Below, piece by piece: positions 30,101-39,896 of a stretch of DNA of 64,000 bases. Within the stretch, counting starts at the first letter, position 1. Every line of letters begins with the position of its first letter. The notes under the pieces were generated by a model. It saw nothing but the letters and a program-made list of their open reading frames with translations, did no database searches and was not told the origin of the DNA. A program made the position numbers and the translations under genes. The DNA comes from a bacterium. GTDB taxonomy: Bacteria; Electryoneota; JAOADG01. The stretch lies in NCBI GenBank assembly GCA_963681965.1, contig OY820579.1, positions 992,001 to 1,056,000 on the forward strand, in the 5' to 3' direction.

Positions 30101-31007
30101 GAATCATGAAAGCGGCATCAGTGGATTGAGTCAGTAAATACTTTTGTGATTGCCGCCAATCGTTTCGATCGGATCCGAAATTTGCGGTAGGATTTGAACC
30201 GGGAGTGACCGATAGCTCCCAACCAATATCGGAAAACTGAATCTCGTTGCTGTTTCGTGTTAAAATTAATGTATGAGTGATATTGGCGGTCGATTGTCCG
30301 GCGAAGAATTCTAATCGAGTAATGTGACGTGCAAGAATCTCGCCTGAAGCTGTCGCATAATTCCCTTCAAATCGAATCGTTGCTGCAATCGATCCATTCG
30401 ATTCGATCGTCATGGTTTCATCGGTAGTCGATGCCGAAGCGACGCGACCATTTTGATCGGTTACGTAGAGCCCTTTTCCCGGTTTACCGGCAGCGACACA
30501 ATTGGGCCCGATCCAGATCTCGTCGATTGGGGAGATCCCTCGGGTGAGAATATATCGAGCGGATCCCGTTTCAACGCTTATTTTGCCATTAACTTGCTTA
30601 ACAGTGAGTTTCGGAGCAGCTTCGGATTGGTCACTAGTCGTTTCATCTGTTAGAAACAGGGAGTGATTAGGATTTACAAGTGCGTCGAAGCGAACCCATT
30701 TAATCGAAGCGTCAGGATACCAATATCCGGTGATTTCAGACTGAAATGGAATGGAATGATTGAAGCCATCGACCAGCCGAAGGTGGTTTACGTCGCGCAA
30801 TCTTCCTTTGGGAAAGGGTACCCCGAATGTGACAGGTGTGGAATTTAGCGATGAGAGTCCACTTGGTAAATTAATCTGAATTGGGATATGTATCGGTATC
30901 GAAGAGGCACCAAGTGAACTGTAATTGTAATTCGATTCCCACCGACATACTGTCGTCAGAAGAATTAATACCGCAATAAATCGTAAATATAAATGTTTCT
31001 GCACCAT
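27156..31007 (-). CDS. Secreted exo-rhamnogalacturonan lyase-like (PL26/PcRGLX/YetA-like) protein with C-terminal LamG-like domain
   Basis: N-terminal PVTFGVPFPKG..IPFQ...WYPDASIKW; central YGFVDYG and YARSG; C-terminal GTIEFWYRP, EWTHIAWVW, IDELRISD..RY, TRALFHFDG. Confidence 0.7.
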   Translation of the reverse strand: MVQKHLYLRFIAVLILLTTVCRWESNYNYSSLGASSIPIHIPIQINLPSGLSSLNSTPVTFGVPFPKGRLRDVNHLRLVDGFNHSIPFQSEITGYWYPDASIKWVRFDALVNPNHSLFLTDETTSDQSEAAPKLTVKQVNGKISVETGSARYILTRGISPIDEIWIGPNCVAAGKPGKGLYVTDQNGRVASASTTDETMTIESNGSIAATIRFEGNYATASGEILARHITRLEFFAGQSTANITHTLILTRNSNEIQFSDIGWELSVTPGSNPTANFGSDRNDWRQSQKYLLTQSTDAAFMIQDDHYFFAHNRNHFAISTVQNHKPRIAIEGSECGDWSALSGSKGGMLVSCTDAALQHPKEFYLERNRVTLHLFSNRNGDLLDFRAPALVKKWDLRQWYTASVPKSSQQDIELILKRVSNYDFNAAGWSKTHELLVVPLPPNATTAEMSQLAYKRSNPVYAMPDPNWIAQTEAIGSYHPRDANKFSIPEKAIEAGISKWQTNVTNWGDYGFVDYGMGPHLEYSGKYPNQIRYNNSTYTLRSDLWKLYARSGERKIREFAQTTNRSLLDACMSHWEVPGKPKGLFLQATGTDLPAGNANPGMLPFYWETAKAIHNASSSNLDAYFLDYYLTGSRRTKEVMQEYASAVLQKWNLNQVHTDERPLMLLRMLSQLYGFTGNQEFRRMANATMDILSRPDSQLGIIQPRKMFQTELENTTYKLDADVRALIDSYQILGDQRYLEAAKRVARYDWTNFFGAFPLFYCNPTGVAGDFLYNETHDLRYRQGLTIQLRYLASTYDNVKQTIEGISSVEKTTFLFEGVPLAEKNALENASDTKHHASWIGFDDMGDSTAIVIRKTGNNPINIDVWQCKDLWLSSAQNPTVHLSKWIASDGYQHSSIALPKSAATGDYLIGSKWYGQHLAIADAAIPMVVYAPGYWRPYPSQTPSVRYYFKVPVAAIKPTIVFEGSAQLITPSGTLYRNGEVLHGEIELSAGVSGLWSFCPVNNQLIRVKNIPPFFAAESPENYFEPSIAGQSNHLLDTQSRTGFSIDNRTFHFISNEKSPSNDGSMYLPGSTGTIEFWYRPNQSTSSEKANALTICSIRAANGKQIGYLRYQNAPNSTNSQADQTASHTLEGSFDTDGLSGKKPLRAWRRVLLQPNEWTHIAWVWGYRNGIIPRTPGYNRVPADSVMVMELYINGKLGQTSSYTWLKNRLIDIPTQFDLPKLEASIDELRISDTQRYTVDFQPLKHDQRLKVDTHTRALFHFDGNTNGESYYSKSPLHAEMK

Positions 31008-31072
31008 TTTTCTGTTTCCAACGAAGACATGCGTTCTTGGTCGATCTTGAAATAGTGCTTACATCGAAGTCG

Positions 31073-31807
31073 TCACTTGATTAGAAGTTTATAGGATGCG
31101 AACACCAACACTAAACTTAACAGCGTTTTGAGAATCCGATTTGATATTTTTGTCGCGCCAAAAAAAGATCCGGTGATGCCACCCAACAACGCAGCCACAA
31201 AAAACGGAGCCAGCGAGACAAATTCCAGTTGCGAGTTAATCCATCTACCGGCAAGACCGGCAAGTGAATTAAAAAAGATAAATGTTGCAGCGGTAGCAGC
31301 TGCGCGTTTCACTGTTGCCCATCTAGCCAGGACGAGAATTGGACTCAGAAATATACCACCGCCAATCCCAATCATTCCGGATACTAGACCAACCACCAGA
31401 CCGATGGGCGATGTGATAAATTTCGATGGTACCCGGTCAGTAGGAATCTCTTCCGATGGTTTTCGGTATAAAATCATGATTGCGGCTACAACTAATAATG
31501 TGATGCCTAGAATGATTTCATAAGTGTGATCGGTCAATTTTAAATAGCCGCCGATAAATGCTGCCGGTACCGATGTGATAAGGATGGGTAGGATCAGACG
31601 TCGGTCGAAATGACCTGCGCGGGAAAAATTATAAAATGCAATCGATGAAACAACAATGTTCAACACCAATGCAGTCGAAGCCATCGCTTTCGGAGCAAAT
31701 GAAAAAATTGCCATCACTGCCAGATAACCCGATGCACCACCGTGCCCGACCGAAGAATAGAGTGCAGCGACTAGGAAAATAAGTAATGAAATCGAGACGA
31801 TTTCCAC
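31073..31807 (-). CDS. TSUP family (TauE/SafE) sulfur-compound transporter
   Basis: AALYSSVGHGGASGY, GLVSGMIGIGGGIFLSP; highly hydrophobic. Confidence 0.92.
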   Translation of the reverse strand: MEIVSISLLIFLVAALYSSVGHGGASGYLAVMAIFSFAPKAMASTALVLNIVVSSIAFYNFSRAGHFDRRLILPILITSVPAAFIGGYLKLTDHTYEIILGITLLVVAAIMILYRKPSEEIPTDRVPSKFITSPIGLVVGLVSGMIGIGGGIFLSPILVLARWATVKRAAATAATFIFFNSLAGLAGRWINSQLEFVSLAPFFVAALLGGITGSFFGATKISNRILKTLLSLVLVFASYKLLIK

Positions 31808-31809
31808 GA

Positions 31810-32271
31810 TTAATCCTCACTATTCGCTTGGATTGTAATCGTATCGCCAACCTTGATCGATCCACCGGTTAGCACTTTGGTAAATATTCCTTCGCGTGGC
31901 ATCACACAATCGCCAGCGATTTCGAATATCGCGCATCGCGAATGACACTCTTTCCCGATTTGTGTGACTTGCAATAGACATTTACCAATTTGAATCAGGT
32001 CGCCAATAGCAAGATTGATTAAAGAAATACCCTCAGTGGTGATGTTTTCGGCAAAATTGCCGGGTTCGACCTGCGCTCCCTTTGCCTGCATCGATCGGAT
32101 ACTCTCAATTGCAAGTAAACTAATTTGACGATGTCCCGAGCCGGCATGCGCATCTCCGATAATTCCAAAGTCGGATATCAATTCAGCTTGAGCGACATTC
32201 GATTTCGGAATGCCTTTTACTTGGCTTATCGAGATTGCAACCACTGTACCGGATTGTCGTGTCATGGTCAA
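31810..32271 (-). CDS. MOSC domain protein
   Basis: GIIGDAHAG..RQISLL, PGNFAENITT, VTQIGKECH..C, CVMPREGIF. Confidence 0.93.
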   Translation of the reverse strand: MTMTRQSGTVVAISISQVKGIPKSNVAQAELISDFGIIGDAHAGSGHRQISLLAIESIRSMQAKGAQVEPGNFAENITTEGISLINLAIGDLIQIGKCLLQVTQIGKECHSRCAIFEIAGDCVMPREGIFTKVLTGGSIKVGDTITIQANSED

Positions 32272-33482
32272 ACTCTCAAAGGAATCGTCTTGACGACTGT
32301 TCCTTCCGATATGACAGTCACATCGGAAGGAATTCTCAATAGCGCATTTGCTTTCGATAACGTTGATATCATGTGCGATTCTTGTCCATCCAACGTACGA
32401 GCGATAACACCGGTTTCGGTAAATTCAAGTAGACCGCGGACAAACTCTTCGCGACCGGCTTTTTTTGAGTAACTATTGGCAATTCGTGCGGGTATCAAGG
32501 AGTGTTCGGGATCAACTTCGCCGAGTAGTTTCCGGAGGGCGATACTAATGAATAGTTGTGCCGAAACCAGCGCTGAAACCGGGTTTCCGGGTAATCCAAA
32601 AACAAGACAACGGGATTCGTTCGATCGAGAAAAAGTACCGAAGTAATTAGGCTTGCCCGGTTTCATTGCAACTTTCCAGTAATGCTCACGGATTCCATTT
32701 TGTGTGAAAGCGCGTCTCATAAAATCCAAATCGCCGACTGAAATACCACCGACTGTGATCAAAATATCGGATTGAATAAGTGCGTCAGAAATTGTTTGGG
32801 ATATTAAGGCAAGATCGTCGGGAACATGTTGTACGATGATATCCTCACAAGGAAACTGTTGCAGCCAAGTGGTTAGTCCGGTTTGATTCGAATCGTAAAT
32901 TTTTCCGTCTTGTAGTTCTTGACCGGGAGAAAGCAATTCATAACCGCTAATTAGAATCGATATTCTAGGTTTCCGGTAAATCGGCACTTGATCGTAACCG
33001 AAAGCGGCAATCATCGCGGCAACAGATGGCGTGATCGTAGTTCCGGTAATGAATATTTCGGTTCCAGTTGTTACTTCTTCACCGCGATATCGAATATTCT
33101 CACCCTGAGAAATGGGTTGCGAAAATGTGACCGAAGCGATCTCTTCCTGCACATATTCTCTCATCACAACGGCATCGGCGCCTGCTGGTATTACCGCGCC
33201 TGTGAAGATCTTGCGACAGGTTCCGGGTAAGAGCGGCGTACTTGGTCGATCTCCAGCTGCAATCGTATCAGCGAGTGGAAATTGGATCGGTAGATTTTTC
33301 AGATCATCGCAGCAAACACAGAATCCATCTACCGCTGAGTTGTCGAAGCGGGGTAAATCGAATCGTGCAGTCACCGGTTTCGCGAGGTGACAACCGATAC
33401 TTTCTTGCAGTTTCAGAGTAACAACTGGAAGTGAGTTGGATTCCGATTTGATGATCTGAATCGCTTCGTCGAAAGTAATCAT
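32268..33482 (-). CDS. moeA: Molybdopterin molybdenumtransferase MoeA
   Basis: PRFDNSAVDGF, IFTGAVIPAGADAVVMRE, IYDSN, GGISVGDLD, MKPGKP, GLPGNPVS. Confidence 0.96.
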   Translation of the reverse strand: MITFDEAIQIIKSESNSLPVVTLKLQESIGCHLAKPVTARFDLPRFDNSAVDGFCVCCDDLKNLPIQFPLADTIAAGDRPSTPLLPGTCRKIFTGAVIPAGADAVVMREYVQEEIASVTFSQPISQGENIRYRGEEVTTGTEIFITGTTITPSVAAMIAAFGYDQVPIYRKPRISILISGYELLSPGQELQDGKIYDSNQTGLTTWLQQFPCEDIIVQHVPDDLALISQTISDALIQSDILITVGGISVGDLDFMRRAFTQNGIREHYWKVAMKPGKPNYFGTFSRSNESRCLVFGLPGNPVSALVSAQLFISIALRKLLGEVDPEHSLIPARIANSYSKKAGREEFVRGLLEFTETGVIARTLDGQESHMISTLSKANALLRIPSDVTVISEGTVVKTIPLRV

Positions 33483-34408
33483 TTCGCCGTCTCGGTATTG
33501 TCGTGACGTCCGCCTTCGAGCATCGCAAAACTGTGATGAAGACCGGGAAAAAGCGCATCCAGCGATTCCGCAACACCCCGTTTCGAACCGGGCAGATTAA
33601 TGATGATCGTATTTCCGCGGATTCCTGCTTTGCCGCGCGACAGCATCGCATACGGCGTACGATCCTGACCATATTGCCGAAGAATCTCCGGAATACCTGG
33701 TATCTCGCGTTCAATCACTTTTTCAGTGGCTTCGGGGGTATTGTCGCGGAAACTAAAACCGGTTCCACCTGTTGAGACGACAAGATCCAAATGATTGTTG
33801 TCGGCATATTGCGATAGCAATGCTACAATTGTCTCAGGATCGTCGGGAATAATCTTGTATTCGAAGATCTCGAATGCTTCGGCTTCCAGTCGGTCGACGA
33901 TCATTTTACCGGATTGATCGTCTTTCTTCCCAGAGGCAATAGAATCGGACATAACAACCACAGCAGCCCGCAATTTTCGTGGATGTTTCGTTCGGTAGTC
34001 CGATTTTCCACCACGCTTCTCGACCAGTCGAATGGCTTCGATTTCCATCGCTTCATCGATCATTTTAAGCATGTCGTAAATTGTCAGTGCCGCGACAGAC
34101 GCACCAGTCAGCGCATCCATCTCGACACCGGTATGATAAACCGATTTCACGAAGACCGTGATCGTAATCCGATCGGTACCTATTTCAAATGATACATTGA
34201 TATGATCGATCGGTACCGAATGACAGTAGGGAATAAGCGTACTGGTGTGTTTAACGCCTAGCGTTGCGGCTACTTTGGCTACCGCCAGTGGATCGCCTTT
34301 GGGAATATCGCCAGCTTGAACTCGTTTGATCGTATCCGGTTTCATCCGAACGATTGCTTGTGCGGTTGCGCTGCGGAGCGAATTCCATTTTTTCGAGACA
34401 TCGATCAT
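33479..34408 (-). CDS. moaCB: Bifunctional MoaC + MoaB/MogA fusion
   Basis: MIDVSKK, KGDPL, LIPYCH, TGVEMDALT, YDMLK, KRGGKS, followed by TGGTG..RDNTPE, AMLSRG, NLPGS. Confidence 0.93.
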   Translation of the reverse strand: MIDVSKKWNSLRSATAQAIVRMKPDTIKRVQAGDIPKGDPLAVAKVAATLGVKHTSTLIPYCHSVPIDHINVSFEIGTDRITITVFVKSVYHTGVEMDALTGASVAALTIYDMLKMIDEAMEIEAIRLVEKRGGKSDYRTKHPRKLRAAVVVMSDSIASGKKDDQSGKMIVDRLEAEAFEIFEYKIIPDDPETIVALLSQYADNNHLDLVVSTGGTGFSFRDNTPEATEKVIEREIPGIPEILRQYGQDRTPYAMLSRGKAGIRGNTIIINLPGSKRGVAESLDALFPGLHHSFAMLEGGRHDNTETAK

Positions 34409-34429
34409 AACATATCCTGTTTGCGGTTG

Positions 34430-35413
34430 TTAGCCACCGATTGCGGTCATACAATGCGGAATATCGCCGGTAACGATCATTCCAAGCTCCGACGACTCCG
34501 GTTTTGATTGTAAAGATTCCGAGATTGCTTCGATAATTTGTCGATCATTACGACCATTGCGCAATAGTGACCGTAAATCGAGACTTGGAGAACGAAATAG
34601 ACAAGTTTTCAAATGCCCGTCGGCGGTGATTCGCAGTCGATTGCAAAACCGGCAGAATGAGTGCGAAACCGGAGCGATGAAATGAATTGAACCGGCGTAT
34701 CCTGAAATCGTGTAATCAGCTCCCGTTGTTGTTTGTGACGGATTGGTGGGTAGTGGTAATAGGGTATACTGACGTGCAATTCGCGAAATCATTTCGTCGG
34801 CAGTAACGACATTTTCTTGCTGCCAACGGTTTCCAGTAAACGGCATAAACTCGATAAATCGCAGTGCGATCGGTCGATTTTTTATCAATTCGACAAAAGC
34901 GTTTAATTCATCGTCGTTGAAACCACGAATGACAACAACATTCAATTTGACCGCTTGGAATCCGGTTGCGATACTCTCATCGATCGCGGCGAGAACCGTA
35001 TGCAAATCGTCGCTACCAGTTAGCGCAAGGAAACGCTCTCGTTGAAGCGAATCTAGACTGATATTCAGGTGAGTGATACCTGCCGAATGTAGGATTGCGA
35101 CTTGATTGCGCAGTAACACCCCATTCGTGGTAAGTGCCAATGCTTTCAGGGTTGTGTTGTTGGCAAGACGTTCGATCAACCAAATCAGGTTTTTGCGGAC
35201 AAGTGGTTCGCCACCGGTTAGCCGGATTTTATCAATTCCATTTGCAATCAAGATCGTCGCGATCCGGTCAATTTCTTCCAAGGTCAGAATATTTTCACGC
35301 GGCATTAAATCCCGACCGGATGCAGGCATACAATAAGTGCATCGCAAATTGCAGCGATCCGTCACGGAGATGCGCAAATAGTTGTGAGTTCGGTGGAAAT
35401 TGTCGATTAACAT
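34430..35413 (-). CDS. moaA: GTP 3',8-cyclase MoaA (radical SAM)
   Basis: YLRISVTDRCNLRCTYCMP, LTGGEP, FCRFCNRLR...CL, C-terminal IGG. Confidence 0.97.
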   Translation of the reverse strand: MLIDNFHRTHNYLRISVTDRCNLRCTYCMPASGRDLMPRENILTLEEIDRIATILIANGIDKIRLTGGEPLVRKNLIWLIERLANNTTLKALALTTNGVLLRNQVAILHSAGITHLNISLDSLQRERFLALTGSDDLHTVLAAIDESIATGFQAVKLNVVVIRGFNDDELNAFVELIKNRPIALRFIEFMPFTGNRWQQENVVTADEMISRIARQYTLLPLPTNPSQTTTGADYTISGYAGSIHFIAPVSHSFCRFCNRLRITADGHLKTCLFRSPSLDLRSLLRNGRNDRQIIEAISESLQSKPESSELGMIVTGDIPHCMTAIGG

Positions 35414-35585
35414 TCGATTACTTTCGATCGGTCAAAATCGTTGCCTTTATTGATAATACGAAGAAATTTTCGGATATAGAATTCGATTCCTGTTGAAATC
35501 GCCATTGAATTTGTCAAATCTCAGCGGAATTAAGCTGATTGCCGTGATTTTTCATATTATATTCGGATGAATCGGTTCGATAACA

Positions 35586-36647
35586 GTGAAAGAAATCGCT
35601 AGAGGTGAGAGTTTGTTCGATAAAGTAAGAGACGCATTGCAGACTGGAAAAGTGGTTCGATTTGCCACGATTGTCGCGACTTCAGGATCAACTCCGGCGC
35701 CACAACAATCGCGGATGGCAATCATCTTCGACGATGGATTGAAAGTGTACGGTACCGTCGGTGGTGGTTGCCTCGATGGTGGTATTCTCGGAAGTCTCGG
35801 TGCAGAATCAGATCATCCGCAAGTGACGATTGCGACCTATTATCTAAATGACGATGAAGGTGAATCCGGATTGATGTGCGGCGGTTCGGTCCTAGTGATG
35901 CAAGAGACACCGGTGTCCGGTATGCTGCCATTGTACGAGCAGATCTGCGAAGCGCTTCTTAGTAATACTCCCACACTCCTTTTGACGTACTGGAATCAAC
36001 ACGACCAATACCGTAAAACTCTTCTGGAATTGGATGGATCGATCCGGGGTGGAGATCCAATTGTTAACGAGCTTCAATCGGAATTAACGAAAGCACGTGA
36101 AAGTTGTATCGCCTCCCGTAAAACGATCGTTCAGGAAAGTAGTGAGTGGAAACTTGTATTGGAATTTCTTGATCCCCAACCGAGATTAATTGTTTTCGGT
36201 GGAGGGCATGTCGGAAAAGTCACGACGCAATGCGCGGCATTGGCTGGATTTCGGGTGACAATCGCTGACGATCGGATCTCATTTGCGAATCGCGATCGAT
36301 TTCCCGAAGCCGAAGAAGTCGTCTGTGACGATTTCAGTACGATCGTCGATCGAATGCGCATCGATCAGCACAGCTATATCGTGATCGTTACACGTGGACA
36401 CCGCCACGATGAATTGATACTGGAACAGGTAATAACGCGATCGCCACGATACATTGGAATGATTGGAAGTAAACGGAAGATCTTACTTACTTATGAACAT
36501 CTGAAAGCACGTGGAATTTCCGAATCAGATCTTCAAAAAGTGCACGCACCGATCGGAATGAAAATCAACGCACAATCGCCAGGCGAGATCGGTGTCGCAA
36601 TTGTTGCCGAATTGATTGCTGTTTGGCGCGGTGCATTAGATCATTGA
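35586..36647 (+). CDS. xdhC: XdhC/CoxI family Moco-binding maturation factor
   Basis: GSTP, GTVGGGC, GLMCGG, IVFGGGHV, IVTRGHRHD, YIGMIGSKRK, APIG..I.A.SPGEI. Confidence 0.93.
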   Translation: MKEIARGESLFDKVRDALQTGKVVRFATIVATSGSTPAPQQSRMAIIFDDGLKVYGTVGGGCLDGGILGSLGAESDHPQVTIATYYLNDDEGESGLMCGGSVLVMQETPVSGMLPLYEQICEALLSNTPTLLLTYWNQHDQYRKTLLELDGSIRGGDPIVNELQSELTKARESCIASRKTIVQESSEWKLVLEFLDPQPRLIVFGGGHVGKVTTQCAALAGFRVTIADDRISFANRDRFPEAEEVVCDDFSTIVDRMRIDQHSYIVIVTRGHRHDELILEQVITRSPRYIGMIGSKRKILLTYEHLKARGISESDLQKVHAPIGMKINAQSPGEIGVAIVAELIAVWRGALDH

Positions 36648-37226
36648 AGAAGTTAATCGGTCGAGAGTATCGCGATCGTTAATATTTAAAAGGATCCCCG
36701 GATCGTTCACTTCTATCGGTAAAGTATCGACTCTCGAATTCCGCAATGCAAGATCCAATCTTCCCGCATCCAGCAAGAGTGTTTGAAAGATCGGTGTGGG
36801 GATGATGATCGGGTGACCGGATCGACCTTGATAGACCGGTTTGATCATTTGCTTCGGATTTGATCGTGCAAGTTCGATCAACTTACTGTAAGTCGTTTCT
36901 TGGATGGCAGGATAATCGACCGGGTTGATCAACACACCGCTACAGTCGCTGAATGAATTGCGACCGAGCAATACCGATGAATACATTCCGCGTTCGGGAT
37001 GGGTATTCACGATAATTGTATCCTCAAGGCACCGGTCTTGTGCCCACTGAAAATACTCCTCGGAAACAATAACGCTCATCCGATCGATCCCCGCAGCGCG
37101 AAGTTTCGATCGAATGAGCGTTAAGAAATCAATACCGTTGATCGTCAATGCCAGTTTCGGTGTACCGATTCGTGTTCCGCTTCCGGCGGCTAGAATCAGC
37201 GCTCCGATGCTGGATCGACCACTCAC
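36636..37226 (-). CDS. mocA: Molybdenum cofactor cytidylyltransferase-like (MocA/YgfJ)
   Basis: ILAAGSGTRIG.PK, GMYSS, PVDYP, GRSGHPII, NIND; XDH-family gene context. Confidence 0.8.
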   Translation of the reverse strand: MSGRSSIGALILAAGSGTRIGTPKLALTINGIDFLTLIRSKLRAAGIDRMSVIVSEEYFQWAQDRCLEDTIIVNTHPERGMYSSVLLGRNSFSDCSGVLINPVDYPAIQETTYSKLIELARSNPKQMIKPVYQGRSGHPIIIPTPIFQTLLLDAGRLDLALRNSRVDTLPIEVNDPGILLNINDRDTLDRLTSSMI

Positions 37227-38680
37227 GATAAATTTACTTCGGCGTTGAATGCTGCGATATCGGCATCAACAGCCGTTACCGCATTGACGATACGTTCACG
37301 CCAATACTCCTGATGCCACTGCTCGTTCAATTCTTCAGACGTCTTACCCTGCTGTTCGATCCAAGTGTAATACTTCAAATTGTGAATAGCTTTTCGGTCG
37401 TAGTAAGATAGCTCTTTGAAGAAATCGATCCGCTGATGCAATAATGATGCGGCATGATCCTGTGCTGCCGCGACGGGTGTATAGCTTCCGAGTTCGGTTG
37501 TCAGTTCCGGCAGGCGCGAGCGATACATATCGGCAGAATCGGTAAAAACCGTGAAGATGAAATCGTTTTCATCCATTTCGTAATAGCGTGCCGTCTTGAT
37601 TGCTGCAAGCAGATTGCAGATACTGGAAATTCCCAGCAACGACAAGCGATCCAACGAAGAATCGTCAATTCCAAGTTTTGTCAGATAGGGTTTCGCAACA
37701 GGTTCGTTGAAGAGGCGCAGAATTCGCATGCAATCTTCATCGTCGATGGCAGCGATACCGTCGGTATTTCTGACATTGTGAACCCACGGAATATGCTTGT
37801 CGCCGATTCCTTCGATCCGATGACCACCAAAGCCGTTCATCAATAACGTTGGACATTGCAAAGCTTCGGTCGCGATAATTTTGACATCGCCGAATTGATG
37901 TTTCAGATAGTCGCCGGCAGCGATCGTCCCTGCAGAACCCGTTGCCGAGATGTATGCCGCCAGTCGCGAACGATCCGCACTCAGGGTTCGGTACACTTCG
38001 TCGATTGCCGGACCTGTGACGTTATAATGAAACATCGGATTGCCGAATTCGGCAAATTGATTGAAGATCACGTATTGCGGATCGTCTTTCAATTCGTTGC
38101 ACTTGTCGTAAATCTCTTTCACATTCGATTCACAACCGGGCGTAGCGATGACTTCGGCACCGATTTCGTGCAGCCACTCGAACCGTTCGCGTGACATTTC
38201 CTGCGGAAGAATCGCAATCGGTTGACAACCAAGAAGCGCACAATCGAATGCGCCGCCGCGACAGTAATTACCAGTCGATGGCCAAACGGCTTTCTGATGT
38301 TCCGGATCGAATTCACCGGATACTAACCGTGGCACTAGACAGCCAAATGCCGCACCGACCTTATGTGCGCCGGTTGGAAAATACTTTCCGACGATCCCGA
38401 CAATGCGAGCACGAACGCCGGAGATCGATGACGGAATTTCGACGTAATTGACTTTTCCGAATCGACCGGTCGACAAATCGTTTTTCCAACTGATCCGAAA
38501 TAAATTTAAGGGATTGATATCCCACAAACCCAAACCGGGCAGCTTCGATTGAATCGATTCCGGAATTGTTTCCGGGTGTCGCATCTGATTGAATGTCGGG
38601 ATGACGATTTTACGCTCACGGCACCGTTTAATTGTGCGCTGCCGGACTTCTTGACGATTTTTTTCTGATTGATTTGACAT
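37223..38680 (-). CDS. PLP-dependent fold-type II enzyme, cysteine-synthase-like
   Basis: PTGAHKVGA (PLP Lys), WPSTGNYCRGG, TGSAGT, HRIEGIG. ATG 38680 preferred over 38737, which overlaps ygeW. Confidence 0.88.
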   Translation of the reverse strand: MSNQSEKNRQEVRQRTIKRCRERKIVIPTFNQMRHPETIPESIQSKLPGLGLWDINPLNLFRISWKNDLSTGRFGKVNYVEIPSSISGVRARIVGIVGKYFPTGAHKVGAAFGCLVPRLVSGEFDPEHQKAVWPSTGNYCRGGAFDCALLGCQPIAILPQEMSRERFEWLHEIGAEVIATPGCESNVKEIYDKCNELKDDPQYVIFNQFAEFGNPMFHYNVTGPAIDEVYRTLSADRSRLAAYISATGSAGTIAAGDYLKHQFGDVKIIATEALQCPTLLMNGFGGHRIEGIGDKHIPWVHNVRNTDGIAAIDDEDCMRILRLFNEPVAKPYLTKLGIDDSSLDRLSLLGISSICNLLAAIKTARYYEMDENDFIFTVFTDSADMYRSRLPELTTELGSYTPVAAAQDHAASLLHQRIDFFKELSYYDRKAIHNLKYYTWIEQQGKTSEELNEQWHQEYWRERIVNAVTAVDADIAAFNAEVNLS

Positions 38681-38693
38681 TTTTTTATCTCGA

Positions 38694-39878
38694 TCAACGT
38701 TGATGGTTGCGTTGGATGATCTGGTCGATCGCTGCAACCGGATTGGCTTTACGGGTCAGGAAAATCATGGCGGCAATTACGAACGGTTTGAATCCAGCTT
38801 CGCGATAGGTATCGAACTTGTAGCGATCAAACACCGTTTGCGCAACTTCGCCATGTTCGCAACTGACTCCGGAAATGTCCGCGGGGAGGCAATGCATATA
38901 CAACGCTTTCCTATTTTTCGTGGCAGCCATTTTCGATTCGTCGCATTCCCACGACTGGTATTTGGCATTGTTCGCGAGACACTCTTTTTCCAATTCTTTC
39001 AATCCCTGTTGGTCGCGATTCTTCAATAATTCGGTGCGACGAACCATCACTTGGAACGGTGCCCACGATTTTGGATAGACAACATCGGCACCTTCGAAAG
39101 CCGCTTCCATCCGATCAGCGACGGTGAACGATCCACCGGATGTGGTGGCATTCTTTTTAGCGATGTCGACAATTTCCGGCAACAGATCGTAACCGGTGGG
39201 ATAAGCCAGTGTCACATCGGCACCATAGCGCGATAGCAGTGAAATGATTCCTTGGGGAACCGACAACGGTTTTCCGTAGCTGGGCGAGTAAGCCCAAGTC
39301 ATGGCGATTTTCTTGCCCCGAAGCGCTTCCAGCGATCCGAAATATGATTTCAGGTGCAGTAAATCGGCAAGCGATTGTGTTGGGTGATCGTAATCGCATT
39401 GCAGATTTACAATGCTTGGTCGTTGCGGTAATACGCCGTTTTCGAACCCTTCCTGAACTGCGGCGCTCACTTCGCGCATGTAACGATTTCCCTCGCCAAG
39501 GTACATATCGTCGCGGATACCGATCGTTTCCGTCAGAAATGAAATCATATTGGCGGTTTCGCGAACCGTCTCGCCATGGGCGATTTGCGATTTGACTTCG
39601 TCTAAATCGGAGAGTCCCAATCCCAGTAAATTTACCGCAGATGCAAAACTGAAACGGGTGCGCGTCGAATTGTCGCGGAAAATTGAGATCCCGAGTCCAG
39701 TATCGAATACTCGCGCCGATACACCGGTTCGATGCAGTTCTTTCAAGATTTCCGCACACAACATGACTGCTTCGAGTTCCTGATCGGTTTGTTCCCATGT
39801 CAATAGGAAATCGCGATTGTAAAACGACTGTTTCAATTCCCGTAAGCGATTTACTTTAGTTTCAAGATTAGTGGTCAT
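38694..39878 (-). CDS. ygeW: Knotted carbamoyltransferase YgeW
   Basis: FRDNSTRTRFS, HGETVRETANMISF, QCDYDHPTQ, WAYSPSYGKPLSVPQG, YPKSWAP, MHCLPAD. Confidence 0.96.
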   Translation of the reverse strand: MTTNLETKVNRLRELKQSFYNRDFLLTWEQTDQELEAVMLCAEILKELHRTGVSARVFDTGLGISIFRDNSTRTRFSFASAVNLLGLGLSDLDEVKSQIAHGETVRETANMISFLTETIGIRDDMYLGEGNRYMREVSAAVQEGFENGVLPQRPSIVNLQCDYDHPTQSLADLLHLKSYFGSLEALRGKKIAMTWAYSPSYGKPLSVPQGIISLLSRYGADVTLAYPTGYDLLPEIVDIAKKNATTSGGSFTVADRMEAAFEGADVVYPKSWAPFQVMVRRTELLKNRDQQGLKELEKECLANNAKYQSWECDESKMAATKNRKALYMHCLPADISGVSCEHGEVAQTVFDRYKFDTYREAGFKPFVIAAMIFLTRKANPVAAIDQIIQRNHQR

Positions 39879-39896
39879 ACACTATTCTCCATTAGG

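Noticed and set aside
35414-35585. Moco riboswitch or ModE box between moaA and xdhC
   Set aside because: No matching conserved elements or convincing stems seen.
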